Origin: Tubulanus polymorphus
Taxonomy: Eukaryota > Animalia > Nemertea
Direction of reading: 5' to 3'
Assembly (NCBI RefSeq): GCF_964204645.1
Contig: NC_134027.1
Coordinates: forward strand, 14,850,485-14,914,484
DNA: 64,000 nucleotides
The notes beneath the pieces are model-generated. The model saw only the letters and a program-made list of their open reading frames with translations. It did no database searches and was not told where the DNA came from. Positions within the stretch are counted from its first letter, which is position 1. Every line of letters starts with the position of its first letter. Shown one piece after another: positions 9,437 to 21,200 of this stretch. The position numbers and the translations under genes were made by a program.

Positions 9437-12400
9437 TGGCCATAAGGTAATGTTTTTGTACCATCATCTAAAATATGCCTTTTATCATCAAATGGATTCA
9501 AACTAGTTTTTTCAACTTCATTAATGTACTATTTTCTGATCTTAAACAATTCATTTTATGTTTCATTACAATTGAGTTATATAAACACTTTATATAATCT
9601 TGAAATTCTATATGTTTATCAACCACATGTTTTGTTATTCCTTTTAACTTTTTAGCTTCATGATCTTTTTTTCTGTAACTATACATTTTACTTCTTATCC
9701 CAACAAATTCAATCATTTCATCACCCCCTAATTCATCTTTAAACTTACCAGAAATCTTTTTATTATCATTGCTAAATAGTTCATGATCTTTGGGATAATT
9801 GCTAAAATCAAAATGATGTTTTAATGTTTTTAAGTCTTTTGTTATGTCATTTGTCTTGATTTTTAGTATGTAACTGTCAGTATTGAAGCAAATTAATGGA
9901 AATCCACAGTTGAATGTGCCATCTTCAGTTGATAAATCATAAACATAATCTGTTGGGTTATATATTTCAAATAAATCTTTAACTTCTTCAGTTAAATCTT
10001 TTTCTGTGTGGCTTAAATTAAAGCAATTTGGTTTAGATTTAATCAATCCAATATTCATATTGAAGCCTAATGAATTACATAATATATTTAACCCTGATAT
10101 AGCAACTTTTCCTTTCTGTGCAAAGGTTATCTTTTTATCCTTTGTAAATTTTTTAGCACCATCTGCTGCGTAGAATCCAATGAAGAACCATTTTCTTGAA
10201 TTATTTTTTGCATTTAATACATAATCTGGAACTATCTTTTCTTTAGTTGAAGTATTACTTTTCACTATTGCATGAATATAGAATTCATCATTATATTTTA
10301 TAGCAAAATCTTTAGGATTATTTACAAGTATTCTATAAACTGCTGATGATTTCATAACATCCATGATTTTAAATATTTTATTTGGATAAACTTCTTCACA
10401 ATATTTCTTTATTCTTTCTAATAATATCAAATCTTGATTGCATAAATACCAACAATATTGAGTGCGATTAACATATTTATACACACCTGCTGAACATCAC
10501 CCATGATAAATCCTTTGATAAAATATTCTTTTTCTTCTAATGTTTCAGGTTCTATATTATGAATATTATCAATAATTTCGTCGAATGACATATGATTCAT
10601 TCTTGGGAAATATCTTTTATGTAATAATTCATCTCCAATTTTTATATCAGTTGGTTTTATTTCATCGCCATTTCGTTTAATTAAACTATGATCTTCTGTA
10701 ACATCTACAAACCCTTATTTAGTTCTAACTCTATAGATTTTCTTATTTGTTTTATGCCTAATAATATTCTTTATTTTTTTCCATCCATTTCTTGTCCAAA
10801 CATCCATTAAACCATTTATTTGTATTAATTCTTTTTCACCATATGAAATATAACATTCATTTTGTTTTGGAATTATTTCTGAAATTCTTCTTATCAATAT
10901 TTTATCATTACATTTTAATAATATTGGGGTGTCAGCTGTTACAGAATCAAAATATAATATTTCAATATGCTTTTCCCCAAAAAGTGGTTGTAAAACATTA
11001 TAATAAAAATCATACATTAATAATTTTGATACTTCTAAAACAGTTGAACCAATGAATATAGGTTTATTAAATTTAATTGACGTTCTTTTTAATTTAACTG
11101 CTGTTAAATAATCTTCAAATATTTTATTTCGTAAATGTCTAGGGCTTGATTGTAAATGCCTTAATCGTTCAGAATTATTTACTAATTCAATATCATTTCT
11201 ATTTCTAATATTTTCGCATGTTTTACCATAAAAACTATTATTCATTAATTTGAAGAAATCTTTTTCAAAATCTGTTTTTGATATGGTTCTCTGTTGAGTA
11301 TTGAAATCTATATATTTTTCTAACCCTTCGATTGATTAAATTCAATATATCTATGTACTTTCTTTAATTTCATTCCTTGTTTTAGATAAAATTTTAACAT
11401 TCTATAATGAACAATATAATTGTATTTATTATTTTGAGTAAGTATTAATTTTTCTGTAAAAACATGATCTTTCGGTTTTATTTTCTTCTGGTATTCACTT
11501 AAATAACTATCATCTACAGTTAAATGTTCTGGGCAATAAGGTAAGTTTCTTGTTTTAAACTTTATATTTTCATGATATTCTAAATCAACTACAAAGAAAT
11601 AACCAATTGGTGCTTCATCTTTTAAACTCGCAATTGCGCTTTCCCAATCAGTTTTATCATCATTTTCAACTTCTGTCAATATAAAATTTTTATATGGTTG
11701 AGGTTGCATCATTGCCCAACCATATAAATTATTGGCGTCAATATATAATAATTTATATTCATCATTTGCTTTAAAATACCTATCTCCCATAACACCACTA
11801 ATTCCACCTCTAATTGATTTTTCAAATAATAAAACCATGTCTGGTTCTTTTAATAAATCTAATTCTACATTTGTATATTTTAAACCACATTGCCAGGTTA
11901 AACCAGGACTTGAGTAGCAATAACAAGGATCAACATTAAAATGATTCAAATTAACTTCTCTAAATTTTTCAAATATGTCAGCCAATATCATCACATCTGA
12001 TTTTAAATATAAATCAACTAATTCACCATGATTTTTCATCTTAAAATGGTTCCAAATATTTAATGTTCTATTAAACACTTCGTCTTTCACATACTCCTCT
12101 TTTAATTGATCATAAAATTGATCTTTTAATAATTCTGTTACATTAAAATCATTGTGTGTTTTATAAAATGAATAAGGAATTGCGCCTTTATATCTCAATA
12201 ATTTAAAATCTTGTTCATTTGGATAATAATATCGAGTTATAACAAAATCATTATCAACTAAACTTTTTGCTAAATTATCTAATGAACTTGCTAAAAATCT
12301 ATAAGAATCTAAAAATCTAATGCAACCAAATTGAAATGAAATATAATTTTCAGATGTTTTAGCTAATAGTTTAAAATCATATTTCCTTACATTTACACCA

Positions 12401-14480
12401 TTCATAGCATTATATTCTTCTATTTCTTGATTAATTGCGCCCAATTTTCCCGATAATTGTTTTATAAATAGATGGGTATCATAGCCTGATAAATTATGAA
12501 ATAATATTGGAACGAAATTTACTTTTTTAGCTTGTAAATTACAATCTTCATGAGCAGCTCCACGATATTTTGAATTTAAATGATCATGATCTCTAACTTT
12601 TTTATCAAATGAATAAAAACGTTTTTCACAATAACAACTTTGAGTTGCATAATTAAAATCAATTTCATCTTCTTTTGTCATAACTATTCTTTTATTTTTG
12701 TTTAATAATCACTTTCTAATTCAATCATTTTGTTACAAAAATCATTAACTACATCTTCACCTCTAAAAGAAATATATTGACTTTCATATAATTTGGGATA
12801 ATTTGATTTGATGTAAATTCCATAAGCAGCAGCTCTTTGATGAACTTTTTTAATTGTATTTATAATTGGCGGGTCTTGTGTTGTGTCTTCATTTAATTCA
12901 TTTCCTTTATCCATTGATTTTAATAATTGCTTTTTGTTATATATTTCTTTTCTATCTTGATCAGTTAATTCTTTATTCAACGATTCAAAATCCCCATAAA
13001 TTACAAATGGAACAATATTCTTAAATTTATGATTAGTAAATTTCAATTTATAATCTTTTTCTGTTGGCATTATTAATTTACAAAAATCGTTATTATCACA
13101 TAATTCTTTATGTTTTAGTAACGCATTCTCAGTTCTAAATTTAGATGAACATTTTCTACATAGATAAATTTTATGACTGTTAAAATCACTTTCTGTTCTA
13201 AAGAATAAATCAATTTGTTTTAACCACATATAATGTTCATTTACATCTTTTTTGTAATATAACAAATCTATAGCATTTTCATCATCATAATATTCTGTTA
13301 AATATAAAGCTTCCAATGTATAATCTTCAATATTTTCACCTTTTGTCTTTGGTAATTGCATTAATTCGAATACATTTATTTTTAACTCATTAATTTTTTC
13401 TATTTTGGGTATCATTTTTATAATTACTGGATATTGATCAATTTTATATAATGTTTCATATTTCCGGTAATTTGTTATTCTAAAACTATGCGTAATATCT
13501 TCCGTTGGGTGTAAGCAACTAATAATTGACCATAGAAAACATTTATTATCTTCATTTTGAACATTTATTACTGCTTTTGTTGTAAATGGTAATTTAATAT
13601 AAGATGATGCTTTAATATCCTTTTCTGTTGTAAAGCTTGAATCATTTTTAAACATTGTTTTACTTTTTGATGTTTTATTCCTTTTTGTATTATAAACATT
13701 TAAATCTAAAAATATAATTTCATTTAATGATAAACCAGAACCCTCAAAATATCTTTCTTCAATAACACGTTTAAATTCATTAAATATTTTTTCTAACTTC
13801 TCTTTTATTTGCGTTTTTGAAATTATTTCTTCAGAGAGTGTTTGAATGTTATAATCCATTTTCTCTTCTGACTTTAAAAAACTTACTTTCCCAGAGATAC
13901 TAATTTTTGGATATTCAACATCTGTTATCAAATCTAGCATTTTTTCTATTATTTCATTAAATTTACTATAATCTTCTATTGTTGTACCTTTAAAAAATCT
14001 AAATATAATAGCTGCAGGACCAATTTTATTACGTAATGTTTCTAATATTTCAATTGTATCTTTTATTTCTAGTGAATCAATATAATTTCTAACATTTTCC
14101 ATGTAAGGTTTATTTGAAATGGATTTAGTTTTTGAAGTTGGTTTTTTTACTTTTTGAGGTTTATCATCGAAATAATCTTTTCCTAAAACATTATTACTCA
14201 AATTTTGATGGTGTTTTTGTGATTCGAGATGTCTATTATAATTCCTTTTTACTATAAATTCATTACAAACTTCACATTTTATTTCATCCACATTCATATT
14301 TTCTAATCGTTCTTTTCTTTCATTGGAATTTTCTGAAGTTTCAAAATCTATAACATTTTTTATATGATTTGAAGATTTTTCATGACGCGATTTTTGAGAT
14401 TTATCAATGTATTTTTTACAATATGGACAATAATATTGATTTTCATTAACATCAATTTGTTCTGTCTTATTCTCTCACAT
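9433..14480 (-). pseudogene. polB: Protein-primed family B DNA polymerase (pPolB) with endonuclease VII-like insert and an intein
   Basis: Exonuclease motifs YGDFES, FHNLSGYD, YLKSDV; motif A YIDANNLYGWAM; motif B KLMNNSFYGK; motif C LYFD/TDS split by the intein; C-terminal FDDKRHILDDGTKTLPYGH*. At least six lesions (codon 2 TGA, ~12700, ~11325, 10716, ~10496, ~9525). Confidence 0.95.
9882..10945 (-). mobile_element. Intein with LAGLIDADG homing endonuclease in pPolB motif C (reconstructed 355 aa; one stop, one 1-nt deletion)
   Basis: Block A SVTADTPILL; block B GFVDVTEDHSL; endonuclease motifs YFIKGFIMGD(GS) and WFFIGFYAADG; block F YVYDLSTEDGTF; C-terminus LICFN followed by +1 Thr. Removal restores LYFD-TDSY. 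Confidence 0.93.
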
Positions 14481-14489
14481 TTATAAGGA

Positions 14490-14819
14490 AAAAAAATTAC
14501 TTGTGGTGATGAGTGGGGATTACTTCCCCTTGTATATAACAAGCGCGCTATTAACCGTTCTCATCCAAGCCTCACAGCATCTATTTATCCGGGCACAGTT
14601 GACACGCAATCACTGTACTACTACAGTAATAGCACACGCGTTAATAACCGTTCTCAGTAGCACTCACTGTATCAATCTATCCATGCGCAGTTGTTGTTAC
14701 GCGCAATCACTGTATATGTGTATCACAGAGCAATCGTCCGTTCTCACTAGAACCTAGCTGTGATGAGTGGTGTCTCGACCTCTCGACCTCTGGTATGAAA
14801 ACGCCATCTTCTAATTACT
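14490..14819. repeat. Candidate right terminal inverted repeat of the Polinton
   Basis: Abrupt GC rise after the pPolB start; internal repeats (CGCAATCACTGTA x2, GTGATGAGTGG x2, TCTCGACC x2). The partner copy is outside the window. Confidence 0.5.
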
Positions 14820-15289
14820 AGCGTCATTCGTAATTAGTCATAAACTTTCAAATTCAAGTAGTTCAAAACGTAAACGAAACCTTCTGCTCGGCAGATGACT
14901 GGGCCGAAGATCTAGAAACGAAATTGGTAGAATTTAATATGGTTTGAGCGGCCATCTTTATATATTGTCCCTAGCACATTGTATTCAAAACATTATCAGA
15001 AAGATAAAGATCTTAAAGAAATAGCTTTTTTGATAGAAATATATTTTCTAATAATTCAAATTTATTCTCAAAATGCTTATCACGTGACCATTTGAGCCGT
15101 TGCAGTTGCTGGTAATCGTAACCGACATAAGCAGGGGAGCAACTATGGGAGGATCTCATATCCCGCTAGTCGTCCTCAGTTGCTGCGAATCGGAGCGCAG
15201 TCGACACAAGCTGGGCTGCGATCGCGGTTGCTCTCAGTTGCGTCAGTAGGTTCGACATAAGCCAGCCAAATGAACAGTGGTTGGCGTAC

Positions 15290-15890
15290 TCATTTAACAT
15301 TCCTTTATTGAGGTACGTAACTGATTTTAGGAACAGAATGTTGAATACATGGAAGTGCGCTCGTGAGCAACTGCTGGAATCACAAAACAAGATGAAAAGG
15401 TGGTATGACAAAGCTAGGAGTATAATTTTTAGTCCAGTAGATAAAGTTCTAGTTCTATTTGCAATGTCGGTAAATTTTTTACATGTTTAGTATAAAAAGA
15501 AACAGTTAGTGATGTTGATTATACATGTATGGTAGAAACTCCTGATAGAAGGAAAGACACGCACATGTGTCACATAAATATAATGAAATGGTATAAGTAC
15601 CATTAAGTAGGAAAGAATGATGTGAGTAAAAGTGATGATAGGAATCCGAAAGTTATTTGTAGTGAGTAATGAGTATGCCCCATGAGAACAAAGGTTGAGG
15701 CCACGATAATGGGTGTAGCTGAACCCAGTGATAGTGACTGGAGTTATCCATCTCCTGTTAATTCCTAAGCCAGATGGAATGTGGAGGTTTGTGACAGATT
15801 TTCCTGAAGTCAATTCAGGGACCAAAACAGATTCTTATACAATACCGAGGATATATGATTTCGTCTCTTAGATAGGTAAATCCTGTAAAT
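15290..15890 (+). mobile_element. Gypsy (Gmr1-like) LTR retrotransposon relic
   Basis: Integrase C-terminus (AREQLLESQNKMKRWYDK..FSPVDKVLVL, ETPDRRK) lies upstream of the RT start (PKPDGMWRFVTDF..VNSGTKTDSYTIPRI). Confidence 0.7.
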
Positions 15891-17623
15891 AGGTATATAC
15901 AGTCAACCTCTTAGCGGTTAATCCGCATCACTAGGGACTGAGCTTTTTAGTATGGATAATATGATATACGGCTAACAGATAATTCGTAATTGATACGAAT
16001 TAACTTCTATCCATATAAACTATGATTTAAGTGCACAATCTGTAAAATAGCCTGTTTAGAAACCATGGACGACTTCTACAGTAGAACCACCTTCTAACGA
16101 ACCATTGGGGGAATAAAAAGTTCATAGTCAAATAGATCTAATGAACCATCGGATACTATGTCATAGTATCCGCTGGTTCATTAGATCCATTTGACATCAT
16201 TTATACATGAAAAGAAAAAACCTATTTGAACTATTTGAAGCAATCGTCATCGTACATCTTAAGTAAAGATATAATATGTGAGTGTATACATACGTCTCAT
16301 GTACTTGATGAGGGCAATTAATTAAAGGATTTTTCCTTGTTGATAATAATAAGCATCTGGACAAAAATTAACTCGACCTCACTACTGAAGTCAATGGATT
16401 ATTAAGTGAAGCTTGAGACTAGTATGACTATGATTAACGTGTTTTCTGGAGTTTCTCATATTTCCTACCAACCATACATAAATTGGACAACGGGACCATG
16501 CATTTGTCTACGGAATAATTGAAAATATGGATTATACAGTGAAATAATCTGACACAGAATTTTAAAAGGAATAACATTACTGAAAAACTGGACCAATTTA
16601 TTGACACGGAATAAGCACTTATACGGTTTAACAGGAGACGGATTAACCGATGTTGACTGTATAATCAAATGATGTTGACTGTATAATCGATTCAACAAAG
16701 GGTTAGTGGCAAGTTTCTCTGACAAACCGTAACACCAGTAAACTGCATATCCTGAATAACCGCTGTTCGCTTTATTGTATCTATAAGTTTCATCTGTGTC
16801 CTGGTAGTTAGTGCGGTCGGAGTTGTAGTCCAATTTTGATTGAATCTGGTATACCCAAAAAAAAAATTCCTTCTGTATATGTACAGCTCTACAGCTAGCT
16901 AACCAATATATGTTTATTGTGTCATATATAATGGTATAAACACTGATAATAACTGGTATAAACTGATAATAACATCAGAAAGAATTAAGGAATCTTATAC
17001 AACTTTTAAAATGATAAAATACATGATGAAGATTTATCATGCAGTGCAGGATTATAGGCTGAGAGCAGTTCTATTATTTCAGACATACCATGTTATTTCA
17101 TTCAAAATTGTATTTATACAATTTTAAATCTTAAAATAAAATCCGGAAGTAAAACAGCAGACAATACCATGGGTTCACGTTAACACCTACTGATTTCTGT
17201 GGCTAAGCCAATCAGAGGAGACTTCCCTTTCACTGATCGGCTTTTCAAAACTGATATTAATGCGATCATATTTTTGCGAAAAAACTCCTGTCAGTTTCAA
17301 CAAGGTCCTTTTTCAAAATTCAGCTCCCTAGGAATTGGAAAATTGATAATGCTTTAATGAATGATTTGTATGCATATATACTTAGTTGCACAGTCAAAAG
17401 GTCTTATCTCTGGAAACCATGTCATTCAAATTCGCTCCATTTCTATAGTTATAGGCTCAGCCTATGGCTTGCGAAACGAGCTGAACCTATTAACTATCTA
17501 TAACAAATCAAGTTTTTTTTTTTAATGGAAAAACACAGCCTGTCCCACACATGTATATGTGTTGGATATAGACCTAATATACTAACTTGTTATGCCATAG
17601 CAGTTATAATATAGTTATATATT

Positions 17624-17625
<2 letters not shown>

Positions 17626-17682
<57 letters not shown>
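17626..17682. repeat. (TA)n microsatellite
   Basis: Direct observation. Confidence 0.95.
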
Positions 17683-17685
<3 letters not shown>

Positions 17686-17750
17686 TATATACATTTATAT
17701 TGGTCATATGTCGTCAGTTAAGAACGACTTCATTTTTGTAAATTATTGGA

Positions 17751-17900
17751 TCATTGGTAGGCAAAGTCATAATTCGAGGGCTCCTTTGGTATTGGTGGAG
17801 GATTTTCCGGTATTGTCACGCCTTCGATATCAAGCAATCTCAGTTTTACTTCAATTCCGAGCAATGTCTCCAGATCTTGAGCCGCCTTCTCACTTGTCAT
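17751..17900 (-). CDS. ELMO: ELMO/CED-12 terminal coding exon
   Basis: [49 protein letters not shown]; polypyrimidine tract and AG acceptor at 17901-17902. Confidence 0.95.
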   Translation of the reverse strand: MTSEKAAQDLETLLGIEVKLRLLDIEGVTIPENPPPIPKEPSNYDFAYQ

Positions 17901-18152
17901 CTGAAAACAAAAAAAAATTATCAAAACTCTTTCGAGTAACTACTGGTTGGTATGGCACCATGTAGATTGGTCAGTGGGATACCTGTAACTATAGTTAGAA
18001 ATAATAACTTTGAACAATAAATGAACACAAAGCTAGAGCAAGGAATCTAGATGAGGGAGATAATTAACACTATAGGATGAAGTTTCATTATAACTGCTAT
18101 GGCATAACAAGTTAGTATATTAGGTCTATATCGAACACATTTTGATCAGTAC

Positions 18153-18278
18153 CTCTTTTGACAATAATGCATTGATCCCATCAGTCCACATATGAAATGT
18201 TTCTTCATCTGGTGCAAAAAACTGCAGTGGCTCACCATCAACATTTGGATTCAACGAAAATGACAGATTTGTAAACGA
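18153..18278 (-). CDS. ELMO: ELMO exon (end of PH domain)
   Basis: SFTNLSFSLNPNVDGEPLQFFAPDEETFHMWTDGINALLSKE; AG/GT boundaries, phase 0-0. Confidence 0.93.
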
Positions 18279-21200
18279 CTAAAAAAAGAATTTCAAATCA
18301 TACAATTTTTATGAATTATTTTATTTACTTTAGGCGTGAATATTGCCTTATTATTGGAATATGTTATGCAGTCAAATTTTTGAGGAAAGTTCATCAGACT
18401 GGGTATTTTGGAAATCGCAAGAAATACAATAGATTTGTATAACTACATAAGAATCCCAACAATTAAAAACTTCATCATTGAATATGGAAAAATAATATGT
18501 AAAAAAAAATATGAGCATATAAGTCACGCCCACAGTAGCAATGAACAAATAGTTAGAATTTTACAGATCAATAGGTGTGACAGTATAGCAATTTAGACAA
18601 TATTGAGAGTATATGAAACACCACTAGCAAGTAGATGTGAATTGATTGAAGCTTGCCATGATTTGATATACATGGCCTCCTTGAAATAACGGTCAAAATC
18701 ATTATTTCGGCGGTTCATAATGGAACATAATATAACCCGAGGACGCTGATGTAACATGGATCAAATTACCTTGGAATATATTCGTTATCATTACCACAGT
18801 TCAAGTATGAAGAAAATCAGTCCAAATTCTACTTCTACATCTTAGAGCAGTAATAAGCTCCAAATTGGCTATTTGAGACACTGACATAACTATGGCAGCC
18901 ATCTTGGATAACCTACACATCAAAAACAGTAGAGTTAATACTCCTAATGCCCTCAATTCAAATACAAATTAAAAGAAAGTCGGTAAACAAGGGGCACTAT
19001 GGTCAGCCTGTCAGCTTTTCATAAAATGGCAAATAATGCATTCTGTGGGTTATATTTGTCAAAATACACTCCCAGCTCAATACCAATATACCAATAATTT
19101 ACACAATACAATTGTGTTTTCATAAGTAACATAGACAGCGACAAGAGCTGGCAAGAACAAATACTTCAGATGAATCTTGTCCCTTGGTCTTATTGATTGG
19201 AATACGGAATATAGCTAAATTTTCTGAAATTTGCTCAATAAAACAAAATGGAATTGAATTTGATGTTTAATTTGTTTAATAAAGCAAAATTGAATTGGAT
19301 TTAATATTTTTTGCAGATTGAAATTTGATTGAATTTGCTGTTTGAGCACATGGCTAATTAGCATATCAAGGTCATCCATCCGATTTGAGAAAAAGCTATT
19401 TTTCCGACTTTGCATAATTGTCAATGATATTAGTATCAATGAGGTAGTGCAAATAAAAATTCACCTTCAGCGCAGAAAATCGCGTATTTTTAGTGGTTCT
19501 ATGAGATTTTATTTAACACTACCGTGCAAAAACCAGTACGAACATTCATTCAACCACTGAAAGTTTAATATAGAGTTTGTATTTTCATTCGTCTAAATTA
19601 ATAAAAAAAGAGTTATTATAAGTTTTAGCTGTTAATGATGACTTTAAAAATCATGAATATTCAAAAACAAGTTTGAAAAAAACATATCAGTTTTTTTCGG
19701 GATTCGAACCCGTACAAGACGGCTAGCAAAGGACTGGGATTGAGCATGCAGGCAGTACGGCGCCATTTGCAATTATTTCCAGCAAATTCATTGCCGTCTT
19801 TAATCATTTTTCATGGTTTATCTCTTAGTTGGGACAGTCTGTTGTTTAAGATTCAAGCTCCAAAGCAAGTATTTCTTGTGTTTCATCAAATATTTGACTC
19901 ATAGTCGACGTTTTGTTAATTAAGTACTGTATATAGTCGACGTTTTGTTAATTAAGTACTGTATTCGGTACAACGTATGTGCGGCGTGCACCAAATCAAT
20001 TCAATCAAATCAAATGCGAAACTTTATTTCATGATTGATGCAATTGCAAAGCTTAGCATGCCTAGATTATAAGTTCAAGAAATAAGTAGGCCTAGATTAT
20101 ACGATGAGAATGTGAGAAGGCCTAGGCCTAGATAGATCATACGCTTGAAGGGTCATAATGATATTGACTGGCATTAACTTGATTCTCAGTCTGGCTCATA
20201 GCATTTTTGGCTCAGTAGCATTTCTTGAACCGGTTCAAATTTGGCCCGAGTTAATCGTTCAAACTGGTTCCATATCGGTCTGTGCCTGCTTGACCCAGGA
20301 CAAATTTGGACCATGCAATGGGTTTATAAGATTATTCTATTTAAATGCTAACTGGTTGTGTGTGACTCACACCTCCTGTTCCTCAATCCTGTTAATGAGT
20401 AATTTTAGCGCGATCTTAATTAGCATTAGTCAAATTTGACTTGGGTTTGGTCCAGGCCAGAATCATCCCCGCCCAAATCGTGTCATCGTGACTGCAGATA
20501 TAGATTTGCTATCATCAAGTTAATTAGTTTGTAGCTATATTCCAAATGTAATGTAAAAAGTGAACAATCTTTCATTGTGAAATAAGGCATTAATAATCAG
20601 CGCTGAATTTTTATCGCTTAACATCTTCTTTGCAAAATTTCTTTTTATTCAGCTTCTGTATGAATCTTTTTAATCCTCTATTTCAGAACTTGCATGAATT
20701 TCAAGGTCAAAAAACAAGACATGAGAAGAATGATGTGAAATAACCTCAGTGAATCTAGGAGCTGTACCCAAATAATAATGGAACTGATCAATGAGACATT
20801 ACTTCTGGCAATAAGCTGTGAATGGAAATCATGTAGAATGTTGTTATTCATATTTGTAATATATGTAAGGAGCCCATTTTAGGGCACAGTCTCCAGGGAT
20901 ATTGCGCTTACTTTTCACGTGTTCGTCCATCCGTTCATATATGAAATCGACATTTTGAAGCTATCGGCGTGCTTCAATGGATTACTTTTGAATTTAGTAT
21001 AATTGTATATCGTCCCTATAGCGTTAGAAGTGGGCATTCTGTCCCTGGACCACTAGTTTGTCATTACATTGAATCTCTTGACCCCTTATTTTGTATTGTC
21101 ATTTTTGAATTTTTGCTCATTTTAATGCTATTTCATTATGTGTGTGCTACATTTCAAGGCTCTCCATTTTGTGTGGTACCAGAAATATCAATAAAAGGTA

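Larger units (their letters stand above)
1..14819 (-). mobile_element. Polinton/Maverick (adintovirus-like endogenous DNA virus), right portion, decayed; continues left of the window
   Basis: Gene-dense, intronless, very AT-rich block with ATPase, integrase, capsid-like genes and pPolB. A more GC-rich non-coding segment at ~14490-14819 ends in ...TAATTACT, a candidate terminus. Many nonsense and frameshift lesions. Confidence 0.93.

Noticed and set aside
9882-10945. Hedgehog-type or bacterial intein-like Hint domain, or a group I intron, instead of an intein
   Set aside because: The insert is in frame (after one 1-nt repair) within catalytic motif C, has Asn/Thr+1 ends and contains an internal LAGLIDADG domain, which is canonical intein architecture.
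1-14819. Loss of the adenain-like maturation protease
   Set aside because: The element is cut by the window edge, so the gene may lie further left.
16465-16833. 122-aa minus-strand ORF as an extra ELMO exon
   Set aside because: ELMO terminates at 17751, and this ORF has no recognisable homology.
19690-19740. tRNA gene (GGGATTCGAACCC B-box-like)
   Set aside because: No cloverleaf can be built; at most a SINE remnant.
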